From: Nitrospinales bacterium
Lineage (GTDB): Bacteria > Nitrospinota > Nitrospinia > Nitrospinales > VA-1
Assembly: GCA_965223345.1 (NCBI GenBank)
Contig: CBDCWG010000012.1
Span: 928,001-992,000 of the forward strand
Reading direction: 5' to 3'
DNA: 64,000 nt
Made by a program: the position numbers and the translations under genes. The notes below the pieces were generated by a model that did no database searches, was not told the origin of the DNA, and saw nothing but the letters and a program-made list of their open reading frames with translations. This document shows, piece after piece, positions 1 to 16,794 of this stretch (positions are counted from its first letter, which is position 1; each line of letters begins with the position of its first letter).

Positions 1-104
1 GTGCGGATTGTGAGAGTTCAAATTCAAATGCACTGATCACCGGATTTTTGAATAAACCAGTTATTTAATTTTAGGAAAATTTGATTGCTTGAAAGGAGGG
101 CGTG

Positions 105-482
105 ATGGCCGTCACCAAAGAGGATGTCATCTCATACATAGACAACATGACTGTTCTGGAAATGTCGGAGTTTGTCAAAGAGTTGGAAGATAAATATGGA
201 GTCACCGCCGCGGCTCCCGCCGTGGCTGTTGCCGCACCCGCGGGCGGTGGTGCGGAAGCCGCCGAGGAGAAAACGGAATTCGACGTGGTCCTCACGGCCG
301 CAGGCGACAAGAAGATTCAGGTCATCAAAGAAGTGCGGGCCATCACCGGTCTGGGCCTCAAAGATGCCAAGGATCTCGTCGAAGGGGCTCCCAAGCCGGT
401 GAAGGAAGGCGTGAAAAAGGAAGAAGCCGACGAAATCAAAAAGAAAATCGAGGCAGTGGGAGGGACTGTGGAGGTCAAATAA
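105..482 (+). CDS. rplL: 50S ribosomal protein L7/L12
   Basis: [12 protein letters not shown] hinge, [42 protein letters not shown] upstream of ATG 105. Confidence 0.99.
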   Translation: MAVTKEDVISYIDNMTVLEMSEFVKELEDKYGVTAAAPAVAVAAPAGGGAEAAEEKTEFDVVLTAAGDKKIQVIKEVRAITGLGLKDAKDLVEGAPKPVKEGVKKEEADEIKKKIEAVGGTVEVK

Positions 483-562
483 TCGAATCAGGAAATCGTC
501 TATATCGCATTTGGCTGCGTCGTTTCGTTTTTCAATCCTTCATTTTTTAAAGGTCAAAAAAT

Positions 563-4783
<4,221 letters not shown>

Positions 4784-4793
4784 AGAAAAAGCC

Positions 4794-4812
4794 ACTCCCC
4801 CATTGGGGGAGT
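4794..4812. other. 8-bp GC-rich hairpin in rpoB-rpoC spacer
   Basis: ACTCCCCC-ATT-GGGGGAGT perfect inverted repeat; no T-tract follows on the + strand. Confidence 0.45.
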
Positions 4813-4849
4813 TCAGATACTTATAAATCCTCTATAGGAGATAAACCTG

Positions 4850-7800
4850 GTGGAAAGCTTGACATTTTTTGAAAAGCCAAAAAATCCCATCATGTTTGAC
4901 GCTATGCGAGTCCGGTTGGCGTCGCCGGAAAAAATCCGTTCCTGGTCGTACGGAGAAGTCAAAAAACCGGAAACGATCAATTACCGAACCTTCAAACCCG
5001 AGCGGGACGGCCTGTTCTGCGCCAAGATTTTCGGCCCGGTCAAGGACTGGGAGTGCAACTGCGGCAAATACAAGCGCATGAAGCACAAAGGCGTGGTGTG
5101 TGAAAAATGCGGGGTCGAGGTCATCCTCTCGAAAGTGCGTCGCGAACGGCTGGGGCACATCGAGCTTGCGAGCCCGGTGGCCCATATCTGGTATTTCAAG
5201 GGGCTGCCCAGCCGCATCGGCCATATCCTGGACATCACGCTCAAGGATCTGGAGCGCGTGGTTTATTTTGAAAACTACGTCGTGGTCGATCCCGGCGACT
5301 CCGACCTCAAGGTCGGGCAGCTGCTCTCGGAAGAAGAGTTCCGCGAGACCGAGCTGGAGTTCCCGGACACCTTCAAGGCGATGATCGGTGCGGAAGGCAT
5401 TTACGAACTGCTCAAGCAGATCGAGCTGGACACGCTGGCCGTCGAGCTCAAAGAGGAGATGGGGACCACCAAGTCGGTCATGAACCGGCGCAAGCTCGCC
5501 AAGCGCCTCAAGGTCATCGAATCGTTCCGCAAATCCGGCAACAAGCCGGAGTGGATGATCCTGCAGGTCATCCCGGTGATCCCGCCGGAGCTGCGTCCTT
5601 TGGTGCCGCTGGACGGCGGACGCTTCGCTACCTCCGATCTCAACGATCTGTACCGGCGGGTGATCAACCGCAACAACCGGCTGAAGCGGCTGCAGGAACT
5701 GAAAGCGCCGCAGATCATCATCCGCAACGAAAAGCGCATGCTGCAGGAAGCGGTTTCCGCCCTGTTCGACAACGGTCGGCGCGGGCGCACCCTGCGCGGC
5801 ACCAACAAGCGGCCGCTCAAATCGTTGAGCGACATGCTCAAAGGCAAACAGGGCCGTTTCCGGCAGAATCTTCTGGGCAAACGGGTGGACTATTCGGGCC
5901 GCTCGGTCATCGTCGTCGGACCGGAATTGAAATTTCATCAGTGCGGACTGCCCAAGAAAATGGCGCTGGAGTTGTTCAAGCCTTTCATCTTCAACCGGCT
6001 CGAGCAGAAGGGCTACGCCTCCACCATCAAGACCGCGAAAAAAATGGTGGAGCAGGAGCGGTCCGAAGTGTGGGAAGTGCTCGAAGAGGTGGTGAAAGAC
6101 CATCCGGTGCTTCTGAACCGGGCGCCGACGCTGCATCGACTGGGAATCCAGGCGTTCGAGCCGGTGCTCATCGAGGGCAAGGCGATCCAGATCCATCCGC
6201 TGGTCTGTACTGCGTTCAACGCGGATTTCGACGGCGACCAAATGGCGGTGCATGTGCCGCTTTCGATGGAGGCGCGCATCGAAGCCCGCCTGCTCATGAT
6301 GTCTTCCAACAACGTGTTGTCTCCTTCCAACGCGCGGCCGATCGCGGTGCCGTCTCAGGACATCGTTCTGGGCTGTTACTACATGACCAAGATCCGCGGC
6401 GGGGTGAAAGGGGAAGGCAAAGTGTTTTCCGGGGCGAAAGAAGTGATCGCCGCCTACGATGCGGACGAGCTCGATTTGCAGGCGCGCATCCTCGTGAAGG
6501 TTCAGGGCAAGCTCGTGCAGACCACGACGGGCCGGATTCTTCTGGGTGAAGTGCTACCCGATGAGATGAGCTTCGATCACGTGAACCGCCTTTTGGATAA
6601 GAAATCGCTTTCCGACCTCATCTCCAAGGCCTTTTTGCAGATCGGGCGGGAAAAAACCGTGGTGCTTCTGGATAACGTGAAAAAACTCGGTTTCAAGCAC
6701 GCCACCGAAGCGGGGCTCACCATTTCGATGGACCAGATGCGCATTCCCAGAGCCAAGTCCGAGCTGGTGAAGAAAACCAACGACGAGGTTTTGAAAGTTT
6801 ACAATCAGTACCGCGACGGGTTGATCACCAACGGCGAGCGCTACAACAAGGTCATCGACATCTGGGCGCACGTCACCGAGAAAATCTCTGAAGAGATGTT
6901 CAGCGAGCTGGAAGAAGAAGATGAAAACACGCTGACCGGCAAGGACGATAAGGACTTCAACTCCATTTTCATCATGGCCGATTCCGGCGCGCGCGGCAGC
7001 GCCCAGCAGCTGCGCCAGCTGGCGGGCATGCGCGGGTTGATGGCCAAGCCGTCCGGCGAGATCATCGAAACGCCCATCACGGCCAACTTCCGCGAAGGGC
7101 TGTCCGTGATCCAGTACTTCATCTCGACGCACGGTGCGCGCAAAGGCCTGGCGGACACGGCGCTCAAGACCGCGAACTCGGGTTACCTCACGCGCCGCCT
7201 GGTCGATGTGGCGCAGGACATCATCATTCAGGAAGAAGACTGCGGCACGCTCAAGGGCATCCATGTTTCCTCGCTCGTGGAAGCGGGCGAGATCATCCAG
7301 CCTCTGAACGAACGCATCCTCGGCCGCACCGCGCTGGAAGATGTGATTGATCCGTTCACCAACGATGTGCTGGTGAAAGCCAACGACATCATCGATGAAA
7401 AAGCCATCGAAGCCATCGACAACGCGGGCATCGAAAGCGTCTGGATCCGCTCCTGCCTGAGCTGCGAATCCAAGCAGGGGATCTGCATCAAATGTTACGG
7501 CCGCAACATGGCGACGCTGGACTGGGTGGAAGTGGGAGAGCCCGTCGGCGTCATCGCCGCGCAGTCGATCGGCGAGCCGGGAACGCAGCTCACCATGCGG
7601 ACGTTCCACATCGGCGGCACCGCGAGCCGGGTGGTGGAGCAGACCACGTTGAGCACGAAAAAAGGCGGCATCGTCAAGTACACCGGCCTGCGCACCATCA
7701 AGAACCAGCGCGGCGAGATCATCGTCATGAACCGCAACGGGCATCTTTTGATTCAGGATGAGAACGGGCGGGAGAAGGAAAAATACGCCGTCGTGTACGC

Positions 7801-8935
7801 GGCGAAACTCAAGGTGGCCGACGGGCAGGAGGTGCAGGGCAACCAGACGCTGGTCGAATGGGATCCGTACACCAACTCCATTCTGACCGAGGTGGAAGGG
7901 ACCATCGCTTTCGGCGACGTCATCGAAGGCATCACGATGAAAGAGGACTTCGACGAGATCACCGGGCTTTCGACCAAGGTCATCATCAGTCACCGCGACG
8001 AGAAAAAACAGCCGCGTATCTCCATCAAGAACCAGGAAGGCGAAACCGTTCGCCGCTATATCCTGCCGGCGGGTGCCCACATCAACGTGCACGAGGGCGA
8101 CTTCGTCAACGCCGGCGATGTGATCGTGAAGATCCCGCGCGAATCGGCGAAGACCAAGGACATCACCGGCGGTCTTCCGCGGGTGGCGGAGTTGTTCGAG
8201 GCACGCAAGCCGCACGAACAGGCGACCATCACCGAGATTTCCGGCAAGATCAAGTTCGGCGGGTTCGTCAAGGGCATGCGCAAAGTGGTGGTGGAGAACG
8301 ACCTGGGTGAAGAGTGCGAGTATCTGATCCCGCGCGGCAAGCACATCAACGTGCACGAAGGCGACGAAGTCACCGCCGGTGAACCGCTGATGGATGGCGC
8401 GTCCAACCCGCACGACATTCTCAAGGTATTGGGTGAGAACGAACTGCAGAACTACCTCGTCAACGAGGTGCAGGAGGTCTACCGGCTGCAGGGTGTGACG
8501 ATCAACGACAAGCATATCGAGGTCATCGTGCGGCAGATGCTGCGTCACCTGATCATCGAAGATTCAGGGGACACGGATTTTCTGGTGGGCGAGCAGGTCA
8601 CCAAGAAAGTGTTCAACGAAAAGAACCAGGAGATGATCCGGGACAAGAAAAAACCCGCGAAAGGCGCCCCGGTTCTTTTGGGCATCACCAAGTCCTCGTT
8701 GAGCACCGAAAGCTTCATTTCCGCGGCGTCTTTCCAGGAGACCACACGGGTGCTGACGGAAGTGAGCGTCAGCGGCCGGCGGGACGACCTGGTGGGACTC
8801 AAGGAAAACGTCATCATGGGGCGGCTGATTCCTGCCGGTACGGGATGCCGGGCTTACACGGGCATCCGTATCGAAGAACCGGAAATCGAAGAGCCGGAAA
8901 AGAAACCCGAAGAGGCCCCATTGCCGGTGGAATAA
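4850..8935 (+). CDS. rpoC: DNA-directed RNA polymerase beta' subunit
   Basis: NADFDGD catalytic motif, N-terminal Cys4 zinc domain, [19 protein letters not shown] start after AGGAG. Confidence 0.99.
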   Translation: MESLTFFEKPKNPIMFDAMRVRLASPEKIRSWSYGEVKKPETINYRTFKPERDGLFCAKIFGPVKDWECNCGKYKRMKHKGVVCEKCGVEVILSKVRRERLGHIELASPVAHIWYFKGLPSRIGHILDITLKDLERVVYFENYVVVDPGDSDLKVGQLLSEEEFRETELEFPDTFKAMIGAEGIYELLKQIELDTLAVELKEEMGTTKSVMNRRKLAKRLKVIESFRKSGNKPEWMILQVIPVIPPELRPLVPLDGGRFATSDLNDLYRRVINRNNRLKRLQELKAPQIIIRNEKRMLQEAVSALFDNGRRGRTLRGTNKRPLKSLSDMLKGKQGRFRQNLLGKRVDYSGRSVIVVGPELKFHQCGLPKKMALELFKPFIFNRLEQKGYASTIKTAKKMVEQERSEVWEVLEEVVKDHPVLLNRAPTLHRLGIQAFEPVLIEGKAIQIHPLVCTAFNADFDGDQMAVHVPLSMEARIEARLLMMSSNNVLSPSNARPIAVPSQDIVLGCYYMTKIRGGVKGEGKVFSGAKEVIAAYDADELDLQARILVKVQGKLVQTTTGRILLGEVLPDEMSFDHVNRLLDKKSLSDLISKAFLQIGREKTVVLLDNVKKLGFKHATEAGLTISMDQMRIPRAKSELVKKTNDEVLKVYNQYRDGLITNGERYNKVIDIWAHVTEKISEEMFSELEEEDENTLTGKDDKDFNSIFIMADSGARGSAQQLRQLAGMRGLMAKPSGEIIETPITANFREGLSVIQYFISTHGARKGLADTALKTANSGYLTRRLVDVAQDIIIQEEDCGTLKGIHVSSLVEAGEIIQPLNERILGRTALEDVIDPFTNDVLVKANDIIDEKAIEAIDNAGIESVWIRSCLSCESKQGICIKCYGRNMATLDWVEVGEPVGVIAAQSIGEPGTQLTMRTFHIGGTASRVVEQTTLSTKKGGIVKYTGLRTIKNQRGEIIVMNRNGHLLIQDENGREKEKYAVVYAAKLKVADGQEVQGNQTLVEWDPYTNSILTEVEGTIAFGDVIEGITMKEDFDEITGLSTKVIISHRDEKKQPRISIKNQEGETVRRYILPAGAHINVHEGDFVNAGDVIVKIPRESAKTKDITGGLPRVAELFEARKPHEQATITEISGKIKFGGFVKGMRKVVVENDLGEECEYLIPRGKHINVHEGDEVTAGEPLMDGASNPHDILKVLGENELQNYLVNEVQEVYRLQGVTINDKHIEVIVRQMLRHLIIEDSGDTDFLVGEQVTKKVFNEKNQEMIRDKKKPAKGAPVLLGITKSSLSTESFISAASFQETTRVLTEVSVSGRRDDLVGLKENVIMGRLIPAGTGCRAYTGIRIEEPEIEEPEKKPEEAPLPVE

Positions 8936-8959
8936 ACCTTTCGGATCTGGTATTTTTGC

Positions 8960-8988
8960 TTGACTCGACCCGAAAGAGTGGCTAGAAT
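8960..8988 (+). promoter_or_regulatory. sigma70 promoter of the str operon
   Basis: TTGACT-17 bp-TAGAAT upstream of rpsL. Confidence 0.8.
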
Positions 8989-9111
8989 TACGGATTTTTC
9001 ACGCCGTGAATTTTCCGAAAATAACCACTTGTTTTTATTGAGGTTTGTTTGGGGCGGCCTGATTATTGGCCACCCGAAACGCGGTGGTTGTATTTTGCGG
9101 AGGGATTTTTT

Positions 9112-9495
9112 TTGCCGACGATCAATCAGTTAGTTCGAGCCGGCCGCGAGAAGCCGGTCAAGAAGACAGCCAGCCCCGCGCTGAAATCCTGTCCGCAGAA
9201 ACGCGGCGTGTGCGTCCGGGTGTACACTTCCACTCCCAAAAAGCCCAATTCGGCACTGCGAAAAGTGGCGCGCGTGCGGCTGACCAACGGGATGGAGGTG
9301 ACCACATATATCCCTGGCGTCGGGCACAACCTGCAGGAGCATTCCATCGTGATGATCCGCGGCGGACGTGTCAAGGACCTTCCGGGGGTGCGCTACCACG
9401 TGGTGCGCGGTTCTCTGGACACCCTGGGTGTCGAAAGCCGCAAGCAGGGACGGTCCAAATACGGAGCGAAGCGGCCCAAGGCGGCGTCCTCCTAG
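9112..9495 (+). CDS. rpsL: 30S ribosomal protein S12
   Basis: PTINQLVR...[10 protein letters not shown]...[13 protein letters not shown] start at 9112 after GGAGGG. Confidence 0.98.
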   Translation: MPTINQLVRAGREKPVKKTASPALKSCPQKRGVCVRVYTSTPKKPNSALRKVARVRLTNGMEVTTYIPGVGHNLQEHSIVMIRGGRVKDLPGVRYHVVRGSLDTLGVESRKQGRSKYGAKRPKAASS

Positions 9496-9531
9496 ATCCA
9501 TACGAAACTTTCTTGAAGATATCGATATAAC

Positions 9532-10002
9532 ATGGCTCGAAGACGAGAAGCGCAGAAGCGGCAGGTGACGCCGGATCCGAAGTACAACGATGTGCTGGTG
9601 GCCCGGTTCATCAACAACCTCCTGCGAAAAGGCAAGAAAAGCCTCGCCGAGCGGATTTTCTACAACGCTCTGGATACCATCGAGGGGAAAACCAAGGAGG
9701 ACCCGATCAAGGTCTTCCGCAAGGCGGTGGACAACGCGTCTCCGCTGCTGGAAGTGCGCTCCCGAAGGGTGGGCGGCGCCACCTATCAGGTGCCGGTGGA
9801 GGTGAAGGAGCGGCGGCGCATCGCGCTCAGCATCCGCTGGATGATTCAGAATGCCAAGTCCCGGTCCGGAAAAACCATGGCCGAAAAGCTGACCGGGGAA
9901 ATCATGGACGCCTACAACAACATCGGCGGCGCCATCAAGAAAAAAGAGGAAGTGCATCGTATGGCCGAGGCCAACAAAGCCTTTGCTCATTATCGCTGGT
10001 GA
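9532..10002 (+). CDS. rpsG: 30S ribosomal protein S7
   Basis: [29 protein letters not shown]. Confidence 0.99.
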   Translation: MARRREAQKRQVTPDPKYNDVLVARFINNLLRKGKKSLAERIFYNALDTIEGKTKEDPIKVFRKAVDNASPLLEVRSRRVGGATYQVPVEVKERRRIALSIRWMIQNAKSRSGKTMAEKLTGEIMDAYNNIGGAIKKKEEVHRMAEANKAFAHYRW

Positions 10003-10021
10003 TCTAACTTTCCAAAACGTC

Positions 10022-12121
10022 ATGGCTAAAAAACCTCAGGCAGAAAAAAGGCGTAACATCGGGATCATCGCCCACATCGACGCGGGCAAGACCACGACGA
10101 CCGAGCGCGTTCTGTATTACACCGGACGCAGTCACAAGCTGGGTGAAGTGCACGAGGGCACCGCGACGATGGACTGGATGGAGCAGGAGCAGGAGCGGGG
10201 GATCACCATCACGTCGGCCGCGACCACCTGTTTCTGGCAGGATCATCAGATCAACATCATCGACACGCCCGGGCATGTGGATTTCACCGCCGAGGTGGAG
10301 CGCTCGCTTCGGGTGCTGGACGGGGCGATCGGCGTGTTCTGTGCGGTCGGCGGCGTGGAGCCGCAGTCGGAAACCGTATGGCGGCAGGCCACCAAGTATC
10401 AGGTTCCGCGGATCGGTTTCGTCAACAAGATGGACCGCTCGGGCGCGGATTTTCTCAATTGCGTCGGGCAGATCAAAGACCGCTTGAACGCCAACCCGGT
10501 TCCCCTGCAGCTGCCTTTGGGGGCCGAGGCGAATTTCACCGGTGTCATCGATCTCATCGACATGAAGGCGAACGTCTACAGCGATGAGAAGGGCAAGGGC
10601 GAGGTGTACGAGGAGCAGGAGATTCCTGCGGATCTGCTCGATCAGGCGAAGGAGTACCGCGAAGCGATGATGGAGGCCATCTCCGACGTCGATGACAAGA
10701 TCATGGAGAAATACCTGGGCGGGGAGGAGGTCTCCACCGAAGAGATCCTGGCGGCCCTGCGCAAGGGAACGCTGGAGCTCAAATTCACGCCCATCCTGTG
10801 CGGCGCGGCTTTCAAGAATAAAGGGGTGCAGCAGCTGTTGAACGCTGTGGTGCGTTATCTGCCCTCTCCGCAGGAGATTGCATCGATTCAGGGCATCAAC
10901 CCCAACACGCAGGAAGAGGTGGTGCGCGGCACGGATGCGGGCGAGCCTTTCTCGGCGCTGGCGTTCAAGATCATGACCGATCCGTTCGTCGGGCAGCTGG
11001 CTTTCGTCAGGGTGTATTCCGGGGAGTTGAAGAGCGGGTCGTACATTTACAATTCCACCAAGAATCAGCGTGAGCGGGTGGGGCGTATCCTGCGTATGCA
11101 CGCGAACAAGCGGGAGGAGGTCAAGTCTGTCAAGGCCGGCGACATCGCGGCGGCGATCGGACTTAAAAACACTTTTACCGGCGACACGCTGTGTGTGGAG
11201 GAGCATCCGGTCATACTGGAGTCCATCAGTTTTCCGGAGCCTGTCATCTCCGTCGCGATCGAGCCCAAGACCAAAGCGGAGCAGGACAAACTTTCCGACT
11301 GCCTCGTCAAGCTTTTGCAGGAAGATCCCACCTTCAACGTCAAAGTCAACCCCGATACCAATCAGACTGTCATCTCAGGAATGGGCGAGTTGCACCTGGA
11401 AATCCTGGTGGACCGCATGCGGCGGGAGTTCTCTTTGGACGTGAACGTTTCCAAGCCGCAGGTGGCCTACAAGGAAACCATCACCAAGCCGATCGACCAC
11501 AGCTACAAATATGTCAAGCAGACCGGCGGCCGGGGGCAGTACGGGCACGTCGAGATCAAGGTCGAGCCGAGAGAGCCCGGAACCGGATTCGAATTCGTCA
11601 ACAAGATCGTCGGCGGAGCGATTCCGAAAGAATACATTCCTGCGGTGCAAAAAGGCATCGAAGAGGCGATGGAGCGCGGCATCCTGTGCGGCTACCACGT
11701 CGTGGACGTGGGGGTCACCCTGGTGGATGGGTCGTACCATGAAGTCGATTCTTCCGAGATGGCGTTCAAGATCTGTGCGTCCATCGCGTTCAAGGAGGCC
11801 TGCACCAAGGCGAGTCCGGTGTTGCTGGAGCCCATCATGGAGGTCGAGGTGGTGACGCCTGAGGAATTCATGGGCGATGTGATCGGCAACCTGAACTCCA
11901 AGCGGGGCAAGATCAAGGATCTCAGCGAACGGGCGGGTGCGAAGGTGATCCGCGCGGAAGTGCCGCTTTCCGGGATGTTTGGTTACTCCACGGACCTGCG
12001 TTCCGCCACACAGGGCCGAGCGACGTTTTCCATGGAATACGCCAAGTACGAGCCGATTCCGTCCATGATTGCGGACGAGTTGATTGCGAAGGCAACTGGC
12101 AAGGAAAGGTTGGCGGTTTGA
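10022..12121 (+). CDS. fusA: Elongation factor G
   Basis: [42 protein letters not shown] 10022 chosen as start. Confidence 0.99.
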   Translation: MAKKPQAEKRRNIGIIAHIDAGKTTTTERVLYYTGRSHKLGEVHEGTATMDWMEQEQERGITITSAATTCFWQDHQINIIDTPGHVDFTAEVERSLRVLDGAIGVFCAVGGVEPQSETVWRQATKYQVPRIGFVNKMDRSGADFLNCVGQIKDRLNANPVPLQLPLGAEANFTGVIDLIDMKANVYSDEKGKGEVYEEQEIPADLLDQAKEYREAMMEAISDVDDKIMEKYLGGEEVSTEEILAALRKGTLELKFTPILCGAAFKNKGVQQLLNAVVRYLPSPQEIASIQGINPNTQEEVVRGTDAGEPFSALAFKIMTDPFVGQLAFVRVYSGELKSGSYIYNSTKNQRERVGRILRMHANKREEVKSVKAGDIAAAIGLKNTFTGDTLCVEEHPVILESISFPEPVISVAIEPKTKAEQDKLSDCLVKLLQEDPTFNVKVNPDTNQTVISGMGELHLEILVDRMRREFSLDVNVSKPQVAYKETITKPIDHSYKYVKQTGGRGQYGHVEIKVEPREPGTGFEFVNKIVGGAIPKEYIPAVQKGIEEAMERGILCGYHVVDVGVTLVDGSYHEVDSSEMAFKICASIAFKEACTKASPVLLEPIMEVEVVTPEEFMGDVIGNLNSKRGKIKDLSERAGAKVIRAEVPLSGMFGYSTDLRSATQGRATFSMEYAKYEPIPSMIADELIAKATGKERLAV

Positions 12122-12132
12122 AACCTAACAAT

Positions 12133-12154
12133 TCTACTGAAACTCTACTGAAAC
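12133..12154. repeat. Perfect 11-bp tandem duplication in fusA-tuf spacer
   Basis: TCTACTGAAAC x2 (12133-12143, 12144-12154). Confidence 0.8.
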
Positions 12155-12174
12155 CAATATCGGAGTGAACGAGC

Positions 12175-13365
12175 ATGGCAAAAGAAAAATTTGTCCGGGA
12201 TAAACCTCACTTAAACGTTGGCACCATCGGTCACGTTGACCATGGTAAGACCACATTGACCGCCGCAATCACTGAGGTTTTGGCTAAAAAGGGTCTAGCG
12301 GATTACATCCCCTTCGATCAGATCGACAAAGCCCCCGAGGAAAAAGAGCGCGGTATCACCATTGCGATCGCTCATGTCGAATACAAGACCGAGAACCGCC
12401 ACTACGCGCACGTGGACTGCCCCGGACATGCCGACTACGTCAAGAACATGATCACGGGTGCGGCGCAGATGGACGGCGCCATCCTCGTGTTGAGCGCTTC
12501 CGACGGTCCGATGCCGCAGACCCGCGAGCACATCCTGCTGGCGCGTCAGGTGGGCGTTCCCAAGATCGTCGTGTTCATGAACAAGTGCGACATGGTTGAC
12601 GATCCGGAATTGCTGGATCTGGTGGAGCTGGAAGTGCGCGAGCTGCTCGACAAGTACGAATTCCCCGGCGATGAGATTCCGGTCATTCGCGGCTCAGCGC
12701 TGCAGGCGCTGGAAAACCCGGAAGACCCGGAAAAAAACAAGTGCATCATGGATTTGATGGAAGCGCTCGACAGCTACTTCCCGGTTCCGGAGCGGCCGGT
12801 GGACAAGCCCTTCCTGATGCCGATCGAGGATATCTTCAGCATCTCCGGGCGTGGAACCGTCGCGACCGGTCGTGTGGAGACGGGCGTCGTCAAGGTCGGC
12901 GAAGAGGTGGAGATCGTCGGGTTCAGGCCCACGACCAAGACCACCGCCACCGGTGTCGAGATGTTCCGCAAGCTGCTCGATGAGGGGCGGGCGGGTGAAA
13001 ACGTGGGGATCCTGCTGCGCGGAACCAAGCGGGATGAGATCGAGCGCGGTCAGGTTCTCGCCAAGCCCGGTTCCATCACGCCGCATAAAAAGTTCAAGGC
13101 GGAAGTCTATGTGTTGACCAAGGATGAAGGCGGCAGGCACACGCCCTTTTTCAACGGGTACCGGCCGCAGTTTTATTTCAGAACCACGGATGTCACCGGC
13201 GTGGCGACCCTGCCTTCAGGCGTGGAGATGGTCATGCCCGGCGACAACGTATCCATGCAGGTGGAACTCATCACCCCGGTCGCCATGGCGGACGGACTCC
13301 GGTTCGCGATCCGTGAAGGCGGGCGCACGGTGGGTGCGGGTGTCGTTAACGAGATTGTAGAGTGA
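12175..13365 (+). CDS. tuf: Elongation factor Tu
   Basis: [39 protein letters not shown]. Confidence 0.99.
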   Translation: MAKEKFVRDKPHLNVGTIGHVDHGKTTLTAAITEVLAKKGLADYIPFDQIDKAPEEKERGITIAIAHVEYKTENRHYAHVDCPGHADYVKNMITGAAQMDGAILVLSASDGPMPQTREHILLARQVGVPKIVVFMNKCDMVDDPELLDLVELEVRELLDKYEFPGDEIPVIRGSALQALENPEDPEKNKCIMDLMEALDSYFPVPERPVDKPFLMPIEDIFSISGRGTVATGRVETGVVKVGEEVEIVGFRPTTKTTATGVEMFRKLLDEGRAGENVGILLRGTKRDEIERGQVLAKPGSITPHKKFKAEVYVLTKDEGGRHTPFFNGYRPQFYFRTTDVTGVATLPSGVEMVMPGDNVSMQVELITPVAMADGLRFAIREGGRTVGAGVVNEIVE

Positions 13366-13673
13366 TGACCGACCAGAAAATAAAAATCAAGCTCAAGGCG
13401 TATGATCACAAGCTTCTGGACTGGTCGGTCTCGGAAATCGTGGAAACGACCCGGCGTACGGGCGCGAAAGTCGTCGGCCCCATCCCTCTGCCAACCGTGA
13501 AAAACAAATGGACCGTTCTGCGATCCCCGCATGTGGACAAAAAATCCAGGGAGCAGTTTGAAATCCGCACGCACAAGCGGATTCTGGAAATTCTGGAACC
13601 CACGCCGCAGACAGTAGACGCGCTGATGAAGCTGGATCTCTCCGGCGGCGTCGATATCGAGATCAAACTTTGA
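13365..13673 (+). CDS. rpsJ: 30S ribosomal protein S10
   Basis: [43 protein letters not shown] overlap with tuf stop. Confidence 0.99.
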   Translation: MTDQKIKIKLKAYDHKLLDWSVSEIVETTRRTGAKVVGPIPLPTVKNKWTVLRSPHVDKKSREQFEIRTHKRILEILEPTPQTVDALMKLDLSGGVDIEIKL

Positions 13674-13697
13674 ACCCGCAGTTTGCGGGTTTTTTTT
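13673..13697 (+). terminator. Intrinsic terminator between rpsJ and rplC
   Basis: AACCCGCA-GTT-TGCGGGTT stem followed by a T-run (T8 at 13690-13697). Confidence 0.75.
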
Positions 13698-13710
13698 GAG
13701 TCAATACGCA

Positions 13711-14340
13711 ATGGACAGTTTGTTAGGCAAAAAGATCGGCATGACCCAGGTCTTCTCCAAAGAAGGCGACTGCGTTCCCGTGACCGTCATTCAGGTGGAA
13801 AAATGCGTTCCCGTTTTGCGGCGCACCCAGGAGAAGGACGGTTACGACGCGGTGCTGGTGGCTTACGGGGAGCGCAAGCCCAAGCACACGAACAAGCCGC
13901 TTCAGGGCTTTTACGACAAGCTGAAAATGGCTCCTGCGAAAACCCTGAAGGAGTTCCGCGGTGCGACGGTCGAAGACGATGCGCTGGGAAAACCCATCAA
14001 GGTGGAGCAGTTCGGGGAAGGCGATCTGGTCAATGTGATCGGAACGTCGAAGGGGCGCGGGTTTGCCGGCGTCATGAAGCGCTTCGGATTTCGCGGCGCT
14101 CCCGGTTCCCGGGGCACGCACGAATCCTTCCGCGGCGGCGGTTCCGTGGGCATGCACACCTATCCCGGGCGGGTGCTCAAGGGCAAAAAGATGCCGGGCC
14201 GGATGGGCGGCGACACCGTGCATGTGAAAAACATCAAGGTAGTCCGGGTGGACAATGAGAACAACCTGCTGCTGCTGCGCGGGGCGGTTCCCGGCGCCAA
14301 CGGGCAGCTGGTGGAAATCATCAAATCGAAGAAAGTTTGA
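13711..14340 (+). CDS. rplC: 50S ribosomal protein L3
   Basis: [36 protein letters not shown]. Confidence 0.98.
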   Translation: MDSLLGKKIGMTQVFSKEGDCVPVTVIQVEKCVPVLRRTQEKDGYDAVLVAYGERKPKHTNKPLQGFYDKLKMAPAKTLKEFRGATVEDDALGKPIKVEQFGEGDLVNVIGTSKGRGFAGVMKRFGFRGAPGSRGTHESFRGGGSVGMHTYPGRVLKGKKMPGRMGGDTVHVKNIKVVRVDNENNLLLLRGAVPGANGQLVEIIKSKKV

Positions 14341-14345
14341 ACGCA

Positions 14346-14972
14346 ATGCCACAATTGGATCTTTTGGATGCCAGCAATAAAAAGGTGGGAACCGTTGACG
14401 CGGCGCCTGCGGTCTTCGATGTGAAGATCCGCGAGAACCTCGTGCAGCAGTACGTTTCGCTGCAGCTGGCCACCCGCCGCAGCGGGACCGCCTGCACGAA
14501 GAGCAACAAGGGGGAGCTGAATGGCAGCGGCAAGAAACCCTGGCGGCAAAAAGGCACCGGCCGCGCCCGTGCGGGCAACACGCGGTCGCCGATCTGGCGC
14601 GGCGGCATGACGGTGTTCGGGCCGACCCCGCGGGACTACAGCTTCAAGATGTCCAAGAAAGCGAAAAAGCTGGCGTTGAAGTCGGTGCTGACCGACCGGG
14701 TGCAAAACAAAATGTTGACGGTGGTCGATGCGCTTTCGATCCCCGAGCCGAAGACCAAAGAAGCGGTCAAGCTCATGCAGGGGCTCGGTCTGAAAGGCAA
14801 AACCCTGTTTGTGGTCGAAGGGGAAAACACCAACCTGGAGCTTGGGGTGCGGAACCTGCCCGATGCCAATGTGTTGCGCGTGGACGGGCTCAACGCGTTC
14901 GACCTTCTGGTGCACGAAAAGATCGTGTGCACGCAGGAAGCGATCAAGAAAATTGAAGAAAGGCTGGCCTGA
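14346..14972 (+). CDS. rplD: 50S ribosomal protein L4
   Basis: KKPWRQKGTGRARAG, SPIWRGGMTVFGP. Confidence 0.98.
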   Translation: MPQLDLLDASNKKVGTVDAAPAVFDVKIRENLVQQYVSLQLATRRSGTACTKSNKGELNGSGKKPWRQKGTGRARAGNTRSPIWRGGMTVFGPTPRDYSFKMSKKAKKLALKSVLTDRVQNKMLTVVDALSIPEPKTKEAVKLMQGLGLKGKTLFVVEGENTNLELGVRNLPDANVLRVDGLNAFDLLVHEKIVCTQEAIKKIEERLA

Positions 14973-15259
14973 TGGAACTTCATCGTATGATTGAAAAGCC
15001 CCTGGTCACGGAAAAAAGCACGGAGATTCTGCAGGACGGCAACTGGGTTTCGTTCCGCGTGAGCATCGGGGCGAACAAGATCCAGATCAAGGAAGCCATC
15101 GAAAAGCAATTCAACGTGACCGTGTTGAAGGTCAATACGGGAATCGTGCGCGGCAAGCGGCGGCGTTTCGGCCGCACGCTCGGTGTCGGCAAAAACTGGA
15201 AAAAAGCGATGCTGCGCCTGAAGGACGGCGACAAGATCGAAATCTTTGAAGGAGTGTGA
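14972..15259 (+). CDS. rplW: 50S ribosomal protein L23
   Basis: [23 protein letters not shown]; position in S10 operon. Confidence 0.97.
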   Translation: MELHRMIEKPLVTEKSTEILQDGNWVSFRVSIGANKIQIKEAIEKQFNVTVLKVNTGIVRGKRRRFGRTLGVGKNWKKAMLRLKDGDKIEIFEGV

Positions 15260-15264
15260 CGGTC

Positions 15265-16095
15265 GTGCCCATTCGTAAGTTAAAACCCCGATCGCCGGGT
15301 TCCCGGTTTCGAACCATCTCCGGTTTCGACGAGATCACCAAAACCGAACCGGAAAAATCCCTTCTGGTTTCCATTTCCAGGAAGGGCGGACGCAACAACA
15401 ACGGCCGCATCACCGCGAAACGCCGGGGCGGCGGGCATCGGAAGCTCTACCGCAAAATCGATTTCAAGAGGAACAAGGACGGTATCGAAGCGCGGGTGGC
15501 GGGCATCGAATACGATCCCAACCGTTCGGCGAACATCGCCCTTCTGGTCTATTCGGATGGAGAGAAGCGTTACATCATCGCCCCGAGCAAGCTCAATGTG
15601 GGCGATAGGCTGCAATCCGGCGACGCTGCGGAAATCAAGGTGGGCAACTGCCTGCCTTTGAGCCGGATTCCGGACGGCACGCTGATCCACAACGTGGAGC
15701 TCAGACCCGGAAAGGGCGGGCAGTTGGGGCGCAGCGCCGGCAACTCGATCCAGTTGATGGCGAAAGAGGGCAAACGCGCCACGCTCAAGCTGTCTTCCGG
15801 GGAGGTCCGTCTGGTGGAAGCGAAGTGCCGGGCCACAGTGGGCACGGTCGGCAACGCGGACTACGAGAACATCTCCTGGGGCAAGGCGGGGCGCACGCGC
15901 TGGATGGGAATCCGGCCGCGGGTGCGGGCGGTGGCCATGAACCCGGTGGATCATCCCATGGGCGGCGGCGAAGGCCGGTCCTCGGGCGGGCGGCACCCCT
16001 GCAGTCCCTGGGGGCAGATCGCCAAGGGGCTCAAGACGCGAAAGGTGAAAAAACCGTCGAACAAATACATTCTGGGCAAACGCAAAAAGAAATAA
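15265..16095 (+). CDS. rplB: 50S ribosomal protein L2
   Basis: [39 protein letters not shown] 15265 preferred from SD spacing. Confidence 0.98.
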   Translation: MPIRKLKPRSPGSRFRTISGFDEITKTEPEKSLLVSISRKGGRNNNGRITAKRRGGGHRKLYRKIDFKRNKDGIEARVAGIEYDPNRSANIALLVYSDGEKRYIIAPSKLNVGDRLQSGDAAEIKVGNCLPLSRIPDGTLIHNVELRPGKGGQLGRSAGNSIQLMAKEGKRATLKLSSGEVRLVEAKCRATVGTVGNADYENISWGKAGRTRWMGIRPRVRAVAMNPVDHPMGGGEGRSSGGRHPCSPWGQIAKGLKTRKVKKPSNKYILGKRKKK

Positions 16096-16122
16096 CAGCG
16101 GCATTTCATTTTTAAGGAAACC

Positions 16123-16404
16123 ATGGCTCGGTCACTCAAAAAAGGTCCCTTCGTGGACGACTACCTCCTCAAGCGAATCGAGGAGATGAATCGGCAGAAT
16201 GACAAAAAAATCGTGAAAACGTGGTCCCGCCGGTCCACCGTGATCCCGGATTTCGTCGGGCACACGCTCGCGGTTCACAACGGGAAGAAGTTCATTCCCG
16301 TGTTCGTCACCGAAAACATGGTCGGTCACAAGCTCGGGGAATTTTCACCCACGCGCACGTTCCGGTCGCACGGCGGCAAGACCAAAAAGGCCGTGACCAA
16401 GTAA
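16123..16404 (+). CDS. rpsS: 30S ribosomal protein S19
   Basis: [30 protein letters not shown]. Confidence 0.99.
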   Translation: MARSLKKGPFVDDYLLKRIEEMNRQNDKKIVKTWSRRSTVIPDFVGHTLAVHNGKKFIPVFVTENMVGHKLGEFSPTRTFRSHGGKTKKAVTK

Positions 16405-16427
16405 ACCATCGTCGAGGGTGAGCGCAA

Positions 16428-16778
16428 ATGGCAACTGAAACGAAAGAAGTGAAGGCGGTGCTTCGGCACACACGGACGGCCCCCCGCAAGGCGAGGCTGG
16501 TTGCCGATATGATCCGGGGCCGCAATGTGAACGATGCGATCAACATCCTCACGTTCACCCGCAAGCGGGCGGCGCGCAAGCTGCAGAAGCTTTTGAAATC
16601 CGCGATCGCCAATGCGGAGGAGAACCACAAGGTTCTGGATGTGGACGATCTCATCGTCAAGCGGATCTGTGTCGATGAGGGCGTGACCTGGAAACGCTCC
16701 CTGCCGCGTGCGCGCGGTATGGCCACGGCGATTCGCAAGCGGACCAGCAACATCACGCTGGTTCTTGAAGAAAAATAA
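16428..16778 (+). CDS. rplV: 50S ribosomal protein L22
   Basis: PRKARLVADMIRG, LKSAIANAE, PRARG. Confidence 0.98.
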   Translation: MATETKEVKAVLRHTRTAPRKARLVADMIRGRNVNDAINILTFTRKRAARKLQKLLKSAIANAEENHKVLDVDDLIVKRICVDEGVTWKRSLPRARGMATAIRKRTSNITLVLEEK

Positions 16779-16794
16779 TCACGGGAGATAAAAC

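Noticed and set aside
9049..9111. N-terminal extensions given by the ORF track for rpsL (also fusA, rplF, rplO, murA, hemE and the HDAC gene)
   Set aside because: Conserved N-termini and, in several cases, SD positions point to downstream starts; the extensions are artefacts of longest-ORF calling.
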